Source: Candidatus Pampinifervens sinense (GTDB taxonomy: Bacteria; Aquificota; Aquificia; Aquificales; Aquificaceae). Taken from it: a stretch of 64,000 nucleotides of DNA. This document shows, in pieces, positions 18,609-33,800 of the stretch (positions are counted from its first letter, which is position 1; every line of letters begins with the position of its first letter). The notes below the pieces were generated by a model. That model was not told the origin of the DNA and searched no databases. It was given only the letters and a program-made list of their open reading frames with translations. The position numbers and the translations under genes are program-made. The stretch covers positions 32,001 to 96,000 of the forward strand of contig JAXSPP010000003.1 in NCBI GenBank assembly GCA_037927135.1, written 5' to 3'.

Positions 18609-20111
18609 TTAACCCTTACTCTTTAACCATTTTCTTAATATCTTTGCCACCTTTTCTGGCTCCTCTTTTGCCACCTTGACTATCGCTTCTACAGCCTCTA
18701 CCTTTTCAGCCTTCAGCCTTATCTCTTCTGCAGCTTCTATAGCTTCAATGGTCGCTACACCTGTAGGAACGGGCATGGGAGGAACCTCTTTCTTCTTAAA
18801 GAGTTTCCTTAAAGCTACCAGCAGTATTGTAAGTGCTATAAGTGATAGGATCATAAGAAGGGCTATCTTTATATACCTTTCATAGTCTGGTGCGGGTCTT
18901 TCAATGGGGGGTCTTTGGAAGGGTATGGCTTCAACGGTAATGGTGTCACCCCTTTGAGGATCTATACCTGCAGAAGCCACCACTATCCTCCTCACCTTTT
19001 CTATATCCAAGTTCTTTATGTTCGCATCTACCACCACACCCACACTCAGCCTTTTAACCTTTATAAGCGGGTCTATTGTATAAACCTCCTTTTTGCTTAC
19101 CTCATAGTTGGTTATAGTCTCGCTCTTTTCTGTGATAACCTGACCACCGCCAGCCACAGCCCCAACTCCTGGTGGTATATTGGCCTGTGCACCGGGCACA
19201 CCAGCCACACCCCCACCTATAGTCCTTTCCTTCTTCTTCTGCTGGCTTACTATCGCCGTCATATCTGGGTCATAGACCTCCTCCTTTTGCTCCCTCTTTG
19301 TAAGATCAAGCTCTGCGGAGACCTTGACCCTCGCAGATCCAGGCCCAAGCACATCTTCCAATGCCTTTTGAATCTCCTTCTCAAGCCTTCTTTCAAACTC
19401 CAGCTTCAGCTTCAGCTCTTTATCTCCTACAGGCTCCTCCTCTTCCAAAAGGGCCGTAAGGTCCCTTCCAAGGTTGTCCACCACCACAACCTTTTGAGGT
19501 CTAAGCCTTGGAACGCTCGCAGAAACGAGGTTTCTTATTGCTTTAACTTGTTCTGGTGTGAGTTCATAACCAGGCTTTAGCTTTATGAATACGCTAGCTG
19601 TAGGCTCCTCTTCTTCCCTTACAAATATGGACTTTTGAGGCATGCCTATGCTTACCCTTACATCCTCCACCCCTTCCATCCTGAGTATAGTCCTTGCCAG
19701 CTCACCTTCCACAGCCCTTTTGAAGTTCACCTGATTTTGAAAGTCGGAGACACCTATACCAGTCTTGTCAAAAACCTCATAACCCACTATGCCTTTACTA
19801 GGAATTCCTTTTGCTGCAAGCTTAAGCCTTATGTCCCTTGCCCGGTCTTCTGGAACAAGTATACTCCTTCCGTCTTGACCCACCTTATAGCTTACACCTT
19901 CCTTGTCCAGTTCGGTCATTATGGCCGACATGTCCTCTTGAGAAAGGCCTGCGTAAAGTATGGTATAGCTTGGCTTTGTGGCAAAAGTTGCCATTAGGAT
20001 AAGAAATGTAAGGGCAAGGGCAGGAAGGCCAATTACAAGAAGTTTTTGAGTGAGTGGAAGGCTTACAAACTTATCCTTTAAGTTGTTTATAACCTCTCTA
20101 ATTTCGGCCAT
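18609..20111 (-). CDS. fliF: Flagellar M-ring protein FliF
   Basis: GYEVFD, RAVEGELARTI, PTASV, RLSVGVVVD, two TM segments, C-terminal ILRKWL. Confidence 0.95.
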   Translation of the reverse strand: MAEIREVINNLKDKFVSLPLTQKLLVIGLPALALTFLILMATFATKPSYTILYAGLSQEDMSAIMTELDKEGVSYKVGQDGRSILVPEDRARDIRLKLAAKGIPSKGIVGYEVFDKTGIGVSDFQNQVNFKRAVEGELARTILRMEGVEDVRVSIGMPQKSIFVREEEEPTASVFIKLKPGYELTPEQVKAIRNLVSASVPRLRPQKVVVVDNLGRDLTALLEEEEPVGDKELKLKLEFERRLEKEIQKALEDVLGPGSARVKVSAELDLTKREQKEEVYDPDMTAIVSQQKKKERTIGGGVAGVPGAQANIPPGVGAVAGGGQVITEKSETITNYEVSKKEVYTIDPLIKVKRLSVGVVVDANIKNLDIEKVRRIVVASAGIDPQRGDTITVEAIPFQRPPIERPAPDYERYIKIALLMILSLIALTILLVALRKLFKKKEVPPMPVPTGVATIEAIEAAEEIRLKAEKVEAVEAIVKVAKEEPEKVAKILRKWLKSKG

Positions 20112-20114
20112 CCT

Positions 20115-20396
20115 TTATACCTGCATCCTGTTTAGCTCTTGATAGGCTTCAAGGAGCTTGTTTCTCACCTGGATAAGCAGGTGCAAAGCCACATTCGCCT
20201 TCTCAAACTCAATGACCATCTGGTGTAGTGGAATCTCTTCCCCTTTTAAAACTGCTTCCTTTACAGCCCTCGCCTTCATCTGCTCTTGGTTCACCCAATG
20301 CAAAAACCTGCCAAGCTCCTTTAAAAAGTCTCCTCTTTCTGTTCTTTTTGTTTCAAAGCCCCTTCTTAAAAGTCCACCTATTTCCCTTATCTCCAT
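20115..20396 (-). CDS. fliE: Flagellar hook-basal body protein FliE
   Basis: LHQMVI...QVRNKLLEAYQELNRMQV. Confidence 0.93.
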   Translation of the reverse strand: MEIREIGGLLRRGFETKRTERGDFLKELGRFLHWVNQEQMKARAVKEAVLKGEEIPLHQMVIEFEKANVALHLLIQVRNKLLEAYQELNRMQV

Positions 20397-20800
20397 AGCT
20401 CTAAAGTCCTTTGTGCTATCTCCCTTGTCATCTTAAAGGCGTTGAGGTTTGCCTCATAGCTTCTCATGGCCGAGATCATGTCCGCCATCTCCTTTACAAG
20501 CTCTACATTGGGGTATCTTACAAAGCCTTCCGCATCCGCCCTTGGGTTTGCAGGGTCAAAGACAATCCTAAAAGGCTCCTGAGATTCCCTTATCTCCCTT
20601 ACAATTACAGGCACATAGCCCTTCTGAAGGTTTTCTGGACTCTCTATAGCTTCAAAGACAGGTTCTAGCTTTCTAAAAGGTTCTCCTGTTGTCCTATAAG
20701 ATTCAAAGTTGGCTATGTTGCTTGCAATAGTATTCATCCTTATCCTCTGCGCATACATACCGCTGGCAGATATCTCAAAGGCTCTAAAAAGGTCTATCAT
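20387..20800 (-). CDS. flgC: Flagellar rod protein FlgC
   Basis: ISASGMYAQRIRMNTIASNIAN, DPANPRADAEGFVRYPNV, MRSYEAN. Confidence 0.95.
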   Translation of the reverse strand: MIDLFRAFEISASGMYAQRIRMNTIASNIANFESYRTTGEPFRKLEPVFEAIESPENLQKGYVPVIVREIRESQEPFRIVFDPANPRADAEGFVRYPNVELVKEMADMISAMRSYEANLNAFKMTREIAQRTLELWR

Positions 20801-21168
20801 TATCTTCCCTCCCTTATGACCGTCCTTAGCTTCTCAAGGCTACCTGTAGCAAACCTCATATAAACCTCATAGGCTATCCTGTTTTGACTCAGCTTTGCCA
20901 TCTCCTCCTCTATACTGACATCGTTTAGATCGTTGCCAACTAGCCTTTTCCTCACTTCAAAGACCTTAAAGTTTTCTGAAGATGTAGGCTTTATATGCTT
21001 CTCTCTTGTTGTTTTGAGCTTTGCTGGCATATCAAGGCTGAAGGCCACATCCTTTGTCCTGTAGTTTGGAGTGTCCGCGTTGGCAATGTTGCTAAGTATT
21101 ACCTTATGCCTCTTCCATGTGTAGTCAAGGTAGGGCACGACCCCCCTTACATCCTTGAATATATCCAT
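20800..21168 (-). CDS. flgB: Flagellar rod protein FlgB
   Basis: SNIANADTPNYRTKDVAF, NDVSIEEEMAKLSQN. Confidence 0.93.
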   Translation of the reverse strand: MDIFKDVRGVVPYLDYTWKRHKVILSNIANADTPNYRTKDVAFSLDMPAKLKTTREKHIKPTSSENFKVFEVRKRLVGNDLNDVSIEEEMAKLSQNRIAYEVYMRFATGSLEKLRTVIREGR

Positions 21169-21172
21169 CCTA

Positions 21173-26808
<5,636 letters not shown>

Positions 26809-26833
26809 ATTTATTTCTTTGCGGAGGTTTGAG

Positions 26834-27835
26834 ATGATGGAGCAAAGCATACCTCTTATAGAGCTTTTGAAAGAAGAGAAGGGTCCAATTCTAATAGCAA
26901 GTCATGAGAACCCAGATGCGGACTCTTTGGGTAGCGCCTTGGCCCTATACCTTTTCCTGAAGAAAAAGGGTAAAAATGTGGTGGTGGGTTGCAAGGATAA
27001 GGTGCCACACTTTTTAGACTTTTTGCCTGGAGCAAGAGAGGTTATAAGGCTTCCAGTGGATGATGTGTTTAGCCTTGCCATAGTGGTGGATGCCAGCGGC
27101 TTTTCCCGTGTGAACGCGGAGGTAAAGGCCTTCAGAAAGGCTAGGATAGACCATCATATAGGCGGTGAGTTCTATGGAGAGTATGATTACATAGATCCCG
27201 ATGCGCCCTCTACCACTTCCCTTATCTACAGGCTTTTGTGTGCTTGGGACAAGTCCGCCATAGATGAGGATATAGCGGAGAACCTTTATGCTGGCCTTGC
27301 CACCGATACAGGCTTCTTCAAATATTCTAATACTACTGCGGAAACCTTTGAGCTTGCAAAGGAGCTTGTAGAGCTTGGTGCAAAACCTCACTGGACCTAT
27401 GTGAACTTTGCAGAGAGGGAAAGCATAAACAAGATAAGGCTTATATCAAAGGTTTTGGAGACCCTTACCCTTCATGAAGATGGCCTTGTGGCCGGAATAA
27501 CTATCTTTGATAGATTTTTCAAAGAGACGGGCTGTGAGTATGCGGACAGCGAAGGTCTTGTAAACTATCCAAGGTCCTTAGAAGGTGTGGAGGTGGCCTA
27601 CGCCATCATTGAAAAACCCGAAGAGAAGGTTTGGAAAGTTTCTCTCAGGTCTAAGGGGAAGGTGGATGTGGCAAAGATAGCGGAAGAGCTGGGTGGTGGT
27701 GGCCACAAGTATGCCTCCGGTTGTAAGATAAAGGCTAACAGCTACGAGGAGGCTACGGACCTTCTTTTGAAGGCCATAAAGAGAGGCTTGGAAAGGGAAG
27801 GGCTAATAAAGTATGCCGTAGGCCAAGAGGCCTAA
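26834..27835 (+). CDS. DHH/DHHA1 phosphoesterase (NrnA-like oligoribonuclease/pAp phosphatase)
   Basis: HENPDADSLGS, IDHH, TDTG, SLRS, GGGGHKYASG. Confidence 0.9.
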   Translation: MMEQSIPLIELLKEEKGPILIASHENPDADSLGSALALYLFLKKKGKNVVVGCKDKVPHFLDFLPGAREVIRLPVDDVFSLAIVVDASGFSRVNAEVKAFRKARIDHHIGGEFYGEYDYIDPDAPSTTSLIYRLLCAWDKSAIDEDIAENLYAGLATDTGFFKYSNTTAETFELAKELVELGAKPHWTYVNFAERESINKIRLISKVLETLTLHEDGLVAGITIFDRFFKETGCEYADSEGLVNYPRSLEGVEVAYAIIEKPEEKVWKVSLRSKGKVDVAKIAEELGGGGHKYASGCKIKANSYEEATDLLLKAIKRGLEREGLIKYAVGQEA

Positions 27836-28522
27836 GTGCTCCCTTAGGGCCTTGTAGCTATCATTTAATACGCTCATACGAGGAACGAAGCTGTATAGGG
27901 TGTATCTTTTGTCCTGTTTAAAATCGGTGGGATAAGGTAGAACATCAAGCCCTACACTTTTGAAGGCCTCCACAGCCCTTGGCATATGATAGGCTGAGGT
28001 GATAAGGGCTATTTTTTTAAAGCCTCGCTGTTGGCATATCTCTTTTACATACAAGGCATTTTCGTAGGTATCCCTACTTCTTACCTCTGTGATTATGCTC
28101 CTTCTGTCCACACCAAGCTCTTCCAGCAGTTGCTTCATGACTTCCGCTTCGGGAAGCCTTCCTACACTCGCACCCCCAGAAAGTATGATGGGAAGTCCAT
28201 ACTTCTTGTGAAGTATAAAGCCTGTAAGAAGCCTTTTCATAGAGTCTTCTTTGAGTATGCCTGTGTTGTAAGAGCCACCACCGAGGACCACAAGGGCATC
28301 CACATCCACACTCTGTGGCACAGGGTATTTGTCCTCTAGGGGCCTGTAGAGGGCATCCTTGATAGGTTCTACCGAAAGCAGATACAGGCTAAGGGCTCCA
28401 GAAAGGGCCAAAAGGTTTATAAGCCTTCTTTTTGACAAGAAGAATATGGCCAAAAAAAGTAGGATAAAAAGTGCAGGTGGAAGGATTAAAAAGCTAAAAA
28501 GCTTTTTTAAGAAAAAGCTCAT
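27803..28522 (-). CDS. YdcF/ElyC (DUF218) family protein
   Basis: VVLGGG, LSGG, EAEVM, SRDTYENA, ITSAYHMPRA. Confidence 0.9.
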   Translation of the reverse strand: MSFFLKKLFSFLILPPALFILLFLAIFFLSKRRLINLLALSGALSLYLLSVEPIKDALYRPLEDKYPVPQSVDVDALVVLGGGSYNTGILKEDSMKRLLTGFILHKKYGLPIILSGGASVGRLPEAEVMKQLLEELGVDRRSIITEVRSRDTYENALYVKEICQQRGFKKIALITSAYHMPRAVEAFKSVGLDVLPYPTDFKQDKRYTLYSFVPRMSVLNDSYKALREHLGLLAYGILY

Positions 28523-28908
28523 CTTCTTCTTACACCTATTAGCACATTCTCCACGCCACTCTTCTTCCCTAGGTCCATAAGGGCTACAACGAACTTATGG
28601 GCCACATCCTCATCGGCCTCTATAACCATGGTCTTTGGCTTTTTATTTTTAAGGTCCTCTTCTATCTGTTCTAAGCTTGCCTCCTTTCCGTTTATCATAT
28701 ACTTCCCATCCTTTAGCACTTGAACTCTGTAAACTTGCAGGCTTGCCTTTTCACCCTCCTTCGCAAAGGGTAGCTTTACCGCAAGGAAGGTTATGGGAGA
28801 CTGGAAGGCCAAAAGGGCAAGGAAAAGAAAGACGGCGAGAAGAGTATCCACAAGGGGTACCACGTCTATATAAGCCCTCTCATCGTAGCTAAGCCTTCTC
28901 CTCCTCAT
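28519..28908 (-). CDS. ExbD/TolR family protein
   Basis: IDVVPLVDTLLAVFLF, IEADEDVAHKFVVALMD. Confidence 0.88.
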   Translation of the reverse strand: MRRRRLSYDERAYIDVVPLVDTLLAVFLFLALLAFQSPITFLAVKLPFAKEGEKASLQVYRVQVLKDGKYMINGKEASLEQIEEDLKNKKPKTMVIEADEDVAHKFVVALMDLGKKSGVENVLIGVRRR

Positions 28909-29516
28909 AACACCCTCACCATATCAAAAAGCTCTTCCTCTATCTTGTTTAGTATGTTGTTGCCCCAGATTCTAAAGAGCCAGTAGGCTATTAGGGCTGG
29001 TATGGCTACCGCAAGGCCTGTAGCTGCAGCCACTAGGGCCTCACTTATGCCCTTTGAGAGTAAGGGCATGGCCGTCTCTGGATCTGCTATAGAAAAGGCT
29101 GAAAAGACTTTTATAAGCCCCGTTATGGTGCCAAAAAGGCCAATAAGAGGTGCCACGCTTGCCACGGTAGAAAGAATAGCCAAGTTCTTTTCAAGCTTTG
29201 GCACAAGGAGAGAGATTTCAAAGTCCAGGCCTTTTATAATGTCTTCCTTCTTTATCTTTCCCTCTTTGTAGCTTTGTAAGAGGTCCTTTAAAACCACCGC
29301 CATATGGGAGCTGTCGGTAGAAAGTAACTTTATGGCACCATCTATGTCTCCGCTGGCAAGTAAGGTTTTTAGGTCCTTAAAGGACCTGCTTCTGTAGTTG
29401 GATGGCCTCATGTTCATAAGCCTTTCCACTATAACAGCCCAGGAAAGGACGGAAAGGAAAAGAAGTGGATACATGGCAAGACCGCCTTTTTGCAAAAGGC
29501 TTATAAGCCCCTCCAT
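28905..29516 (-). CDS. MotA/TolQ/ExbB proton channel protein
   Basis: APLIGLFGTITGLI, GISEALVAAATGLAVAIPA. Confidence 0.9.
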   Translation of the reverse strand: MEGLISLLQKGGLAMYPLLFLSVLSWAVIVERLMNMRPSNYRSRSFKDLKTLLASGDIDGAIKLLSTDSSHMAVVLKDLLQSYKEGKIKKEDIIKGLDFEISLLVPKLEKNLAILSTVASVAPLIGLFGTITGLIKVFSAFSIADPETAMPLLSKGISEALVAAATGLAVAIPALIAYWLFRIWGNNILNKIEEELFDMVRVL

Positions 29517-29517
29517 C

Positions 29518-32052
29518 TTATCTCACCTCACACTTTGGTAAGCCCTTTTTAAGCTTATTATACACGCTTGTCTCCTCCGGATTTGCTACATTTAGGTCAA
29601 ACCTCTCCAGCATACAGCTTGCATCCCTTTTTGCACCAAGCTTTAAAAGTATCTTTGCCCCTTCCAAAACTGCAGAGTTATAATAAGGCTCTCCCTTGTG
29701 GTTTAGGCTAATCTCTACAAAGCACTCCAAGGCCCTCTTCCCTTCTCCCTTCTTCAACAGCTCCATACCATAAAGGTACAGAGCCTGCCCTCTTAAGCTC
29801 CTTTCTGGACTTTTTGATACATAGTCAAGTAGGGACAAGTCCCCCGTTTGTTTGTATAGGTCCAGGAGATACCTCTCAAACTCTTGATCCCTATAGCCAG
29901 CCTTTATAAGCTCTTGTGCCAAGCTATGGGCTGAAGAGATGTCCCTTATACTAAGGTATAAGCCTATTGCCTTAACCTTGTCTGGCTTGTCTCCTTCTGC
30001 CAGCATGTCCGCAAGGCTCTTTGTGTCTCCCAAAGAGGAATATATCCTTATGATTTCATCCCTTGCTCTTCTTCTTTCTTCCTCCACGGGCGATTCTTTA
30101 TAGACCTTGTAGAAAAGCACAAGCCTTTTGGAAGGGTCTTCTTCCAAGTCTGCCAGCTTTAGTATGGCTTTGAATTTTATGGGTGTGTCAAGGAGTGTAA
30201 GGAGTAGCCTTTCCGCTTCCGCCTTGTTGCCCTTTCTTGCCATAAGGCTTGCATACTGGTAGATGATCTCAGGAGGTGGATTCTTCTCCTTTTTCATATA
30301 CTCTTCTAGGACCTTTCCCAGCTCCTCGTCATCTATATTCTTTCCAGCAAAATCAAGCAGGGCAAGGGTTGCAGACTTGGCCTCCTCACTGTCTGGAAAG
30401 CTCCTTAGGACCTCAAGATACTTCTCTTTTGCCTTCTCCACATTCCCCATGTTATAGTAGCTCTCCCCCATCTTAAGAAGGGCCCTGGCCCTGTTGGGAT
30501 TATTTGCTGGCACCTTCTCAAAGAATTCAACAGCCCTTTGATAGTTGCCTTCCAAAAAGTAAGAAAGTCCCAAGAGGTAAAACTCCTCTTCAGATTTGCC
30601 GGTCAAAAAGCCCCTTGCCAGCTTTGTATCGCCAAGCATTAGTGCAGACCTTGCCTTCAAAAGCCTTGCCCTTTCGTCCGTCCTTCCTTGAAGGAGGTCT
30701 ATAACCTCCTTATACCTCTTTAGGTTATAAAGGGCTAAGGCCTTATAGTATGGGTCTTCAAAGAAGCCAAGGGCTCCAAGCCAATCGCCCCTTCTAAAGC
30801 TTTCCCATCCTTGGTATTCCTTGTATAGGTCTGGATAGAGCCTTGCCACTTCAGACAGGGTGCCAGACATATCCTCACCGGACCAATAGAGGGCCTCCAG
30901 AAGCCAAAGGTAATCTTCTCTGTCTTTTTTCTTGTTTTTCAAAAGCTCAATGGCCTTTTTGTAGTCCCCCATCTTTATGGCAGAATAGACCGCATACCTT
31001 GTGTTTCCAGCCTCCAAAAAGTTTCTCAAGGCAAGGGCATAGTCGCCAGAGTTGTAGGCTATGATACCAGCCCTTTCCAAAAATCTCACATCCTTTGTAA
31101 GGGTATAGGTAAGCCTTGAAAGATAAACATCCTTCTCGGATATAAAGGCATAAAGCTCTCTTGCAAGGTATGGATTTATGCTTTCTAAGATGCTTGCATG
31201 CCTCAAGGCTTGTTCTCCTTTGCCTTCCCTGTAGTCTATCAAGGACAGATAATAAAGGGCCACGTCCCTGTGGGGCCTTCCAGGCCTGGAGTAATCTTCA
31301 AAGATGGACTTGGCCCCCTTTAGGTTCCCTCCAAAGTAGGCAAGAATGCCAGACCTTAGCCTTGTGCTATCCCTGTAAAGCAGGTTCTCCCTTCCCTTTA
31401 AAAAATCGGATACATACTGGCAGTATTGAACAAAAACTACACCATCGCAAGAAAGGCTAGCTGGCTTTCCTTCCTTTATGGCCTTTACCGCCTTCCAGAG
31501 GCTGTTTTGATTTTCTGGCACAGAACCCTTAAGGGTAAGGCTCAAGGCATAGTAGGCCTCGCAGGCTGGACCCTGATACATATGGGTAAAGTTGCAAGAG
31601 CTTCTAAAAAGCTCTAAGGCCCTTTGTTTTTGATCCTTTGAATAGGCTATTATGCCAAGCACATATTCAGCCATGGGTCCAAAGGCTGAGTTTGGCACCA
31701 AAAGCACCTTTCCAAGCTCTTCTTCCGCAAGGTCATACCTACCCTTCAGATAATAATCCACCCCAAGCCTGTAAGATAGGGCATCCTTTGGCTCTCCACA
31801 GCTTATGCCACTCCTCTCTATAGGCTTTATCTGGGCAAACTCCATGCTCTTTGGTGCCTCAAGGACCATATGGGATAGGTCAAGCTCTTTTGCCTGTGGC
31901 ATAGGAAGGTAGTTGGGTGGGCTAAGCTTGGGCTTTTCTTCATACAGCTTGCCTGTGAGTTCTACCTTTACATCAAACTCCTTTGTTATCTGTTGTGCTA
32001 AAGAGAAGGCCAAAAGCAAAAGAAGGCTAAAGAGCCTTATGGGCTTCCACAT
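29518..32052 (-). CDS. Large exported tetratricopeptide-repeat protein
   Basis: Signal peptide and many TPR-like repeats, including a YbgF/BamD-like ALLKMGESYY...FPDSEEA. Confidence 0.75.
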   Translation of the reverse strand: MWKPIRLFSLLLLLAFSLAQQITKEFDVKVELTGKLYEEKPKLSPPNYLPMPQAKELDLSHMVLEAPKSMEFAQIKPIERSGISCGEPKDALSYRLGVDYYLKGRYDLAEEELGKVLLVPNSAFGPMAEYVLGIIAYSKDQKQRALELFRSSCNFTHMYQGPACEAYYALSLTLKGSVPENQNSLWKAVKAIKEGKPASLSCDGVVFVQYCQYVSDFLKGRENLLYRDSTRLRSGILAYFGGNLKGAKSIFEDYSRPGRPHRDVALYYLSLIDYREGKGEQALRHASILESINPYLARELYAFISEKDVYLSRLTYTLTKDVRFLERAGIIAYNSGDYALALRNFLEAGNTRYAVYSAIKMGDYKKAIELLKNKKKDREDYLWLLEALYWSGEDMSGTLSEVARLYPDLYKEYQGWESFRRGDWLGALGFFEDPYYKALALYNLKRYKEVIDLLQGRTDERARLLKARSALMLGDTKLARGFLTGKSEEEFYLLGLSYFLEGNYQRAVEFFEKVPANNPNRARALLKMGESYYNMGNVEKAKEKYLEVLRSFPDSEEAKSATLALLDFAGKNIDDEELGKVLEEYMKKEKNPPPEIIYQYASLMARKGNKAEAERLLLTLLDTPIKFKAILKLADLEEDPSKRLVLFYKVYKESPVEEERRRARDEIIRIYSSLGDTKSLADMLAEGDKPDKVKAIGLYLSIRDISSAHSLAQELIKAGYRDQEFERYLLDLYKQTGDLSLLDYVSKSPERSLRGQALYLYGMELLKKGEGKRALECFVEISLNHKGEPYYNSAVLEGAKILLKLGAKRDASCMLERFDLNVANPEETSVYNKLKKGLPKCEVR

Positions 32053-32662
32053 ACAAATCCCCCAAATGGCAGGTTATGTTAAGAGCCATTATAACATTCC
32101 TATCCTTTTCCATATGGATAACAGAGTAGCTGGCATTATCACAGCCAAAGGACCAAAACCTTGAAAGGTCCACTTTCAAAAGGGCGCAATACATGGCCCT
32201 CATAGGCACAGTGTGAGAAACTACCGCCACACTTTGACCCCAATGCCTTTCCTTTATCTCTTCCAAAAAGCTCTTTACCCTTTCATATACTTGCAAAAGG
32301 CTCTCACCGCCTTCAAAGCTTACCTTATGTGGCTCTTCAAGCCACTGCCTGAACTGTTCTGGGAACCTTCTTTGCACCTCTTCCACCAGCAAGCCGGACC
32401 ATACACCGTGGTCAATCTCTATGACCCTCTCTTCCGGAATGACCTCCATGCCTTTCCTCTTGGCTATCTCAAGGGCCGTTTGCATGGTCCTTTTGAGCGG
32501 AGAGGAGTATATGGCATGAAGCTCAATGTCTTTGAAGCGCTCTCCTAGCCTTTTGGCCTGTTCCCTTCCCCTTTCTGATAGCTCTGGGTCCAAAAGGCCC
32601 TGATACCTTCCTATTGGGTTCCACTCGCTTTCTGCATGCCTTATAAGATAAAGCTTTACCAT
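32027..32662 (-). CDS. pspA: Metal-independent phosphoserine phosphatase (histidine phosphatase family), PspA type
   Basis: RHAESEWNP-GRYQGLLDP, EIDHG, SHTVPMRAMYC, C-terminal ITCHLG-YVEAHKA. 211 aa, closely matching Hydrogenobacter PspA as recalled. Confidence 0.85.
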   Translation of the reverse strand: MVKLYLIRHAESEWNPIGRYQGLLDPELSERGREQAKRLGERFKDIELHAIYSSPLKRTMQTALEIAKRKGMEVIPEERVIEIDHGVWSGLLVEEVQRRFPEQFRQWLEEPHKVSFEGGESLLQVYERVKSFLEEIKERHWGQSVAVVSHTVPMRAMYCALLKVDLSRFWSFGCDNASYSVIHMEKDRNVIMALNITCHLGDLYVEAHKAL

Positions 32663-33780
32663 ATTCCTTCTTCCATTAAAGCTTGGCTATAAGCCCTTAC
32701 ACCTTCTCCTATGTTTATATCAAAGCCAAGCCTCTTTAAGACAACCTCCAAAAGCCCAATCACCATAAGCCCATCCTTTGGGTCCACACCCATATGGGAT
32801 ATGCGGAAGATCTTACCCTTTAGCTCTTCCTGACCGCCAGCCACCCTCACACCAAGCCTTAAAAGCTCCTTCCTTATCTCCTCCGACCTATCGGACCTTA
32901 TGGCGCTGACCGACAAAGCTGGATTTTGAGCAAACCTTTGTAGATTAAGCACTTCTATAGCTCTTAGAGTTCCTTGCGATATGGCTCTGTGCCTCTTTTC
33001 TATCCTTTCCATACCCTCTTCCAAAAGAAGCTCTAAGGACTCCCTCATGGCAAGTATAAGGCTTATGGCGGGCGTCCAGGCTGTTTGACCCTCCTTTTGC
33101 TTTGGAAGCTCCCTTTTTATGCTAAAGTAAAAGGCTCTATCCACAAGGCTTTTTTCCGCCCTTTCTGAAAACCAAAGGACAGAAAGGCCCGGTGGGAGCA
33201 AAAAGCCCTTCTGAGACCCGCCCACTATCACATCAAGGTTCCAATAAGATGGCTTTATGTTATAAACTCCCAAAGCGGTTATGGCATCGGCCACAGAAAG
33301 CACATCAAACTCCTTGCACACCTCCCCTATCTCTTTAGCGGGATGGTAAGCACCAGTAGAAGTTTCTGAGATCTGAAATAGCACCGCTTTGCAGTCCGGG
33401 TTTTCCTTCAAAAGCCTCCTTACTTCCTCTGGGTCCGCAGACCTTCCCCACTCTACCTTATACTCTATGGGCACAAGGCCCCAATGCTTAGACAGCCTTA
33501 GCCACCTTTCGCCAAACTTTCCACCATTTATTACCAAGACCTTATGGCCTTCTTTGAAGAAGTTCAATATGGTGGCCTCCATGGCACCTGTGCCAGAAGA
33601 GGCAAAAAAGACAAAGTTGTCTGAAGGGTTATCCAAGAGCTTTTTGAAGAGCTCCCTTACCTCAAGGAAGGCCCTTCTGAACTCCTCCGTGCGGTGGTGG
33701 ATAATCTGCCTTCCTAGAACCTCTCTTACCCTTTCTGGGATCTCCACAGGACCAGGTGTAAATATCCTCTCTTGGCGCAT
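32656..33780 (-). CDS. Class V PLP aminotransferase (serine-pyruvate/phosphoserine aminotransferase-like)
   Basis: FTPGP, SSGTGAMEA, GKFGERW, SETSTG, GSQKG, FRISHMG. Start at ATG 33780. Confidence 0.9.
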   Translation of the reverse strand: MRQERIFTPGPVEIPERVREVLGRQIIHHRTEEFRRAFLEVRELFKKLLDNPSDNFVFFASSGTGAMEATILNFFKEGHKVLVINGGKFGERWLRLSKHWGLVPIEYKVEWGRSADPEEVRRLLKENPDCKAVLFQISETSTGAYHPAKEIGEVCKEFDVLSVADAITALGVYNIKPSYWNLDVIVGGSQKGFLLPPGLSVLWFSERAEKSLVDRAFYFSIKRELPKQKEGQTAWTPAISLILAMRESLELLLEEGMERIEKRHRAISQGTLRAIEVLNLQRFAQNPALSVSAIRSDRSEEIRKELLRLGVRVAGGQEELKGKIFRISHMGVDPKDGLMVIGLLEVVLKRLGFDINIGEGVRAYSQALMEEGIW

Positions 33781-33800
33781 GGTAGAATATTTTACTCCGA

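Noticed and set aside
17647-20111. fliG/fliH/fliI missing between fliF and fliM
   Set aside because: Flagellar genes are scattered in this lineage, so absence cannot be judged from one window.
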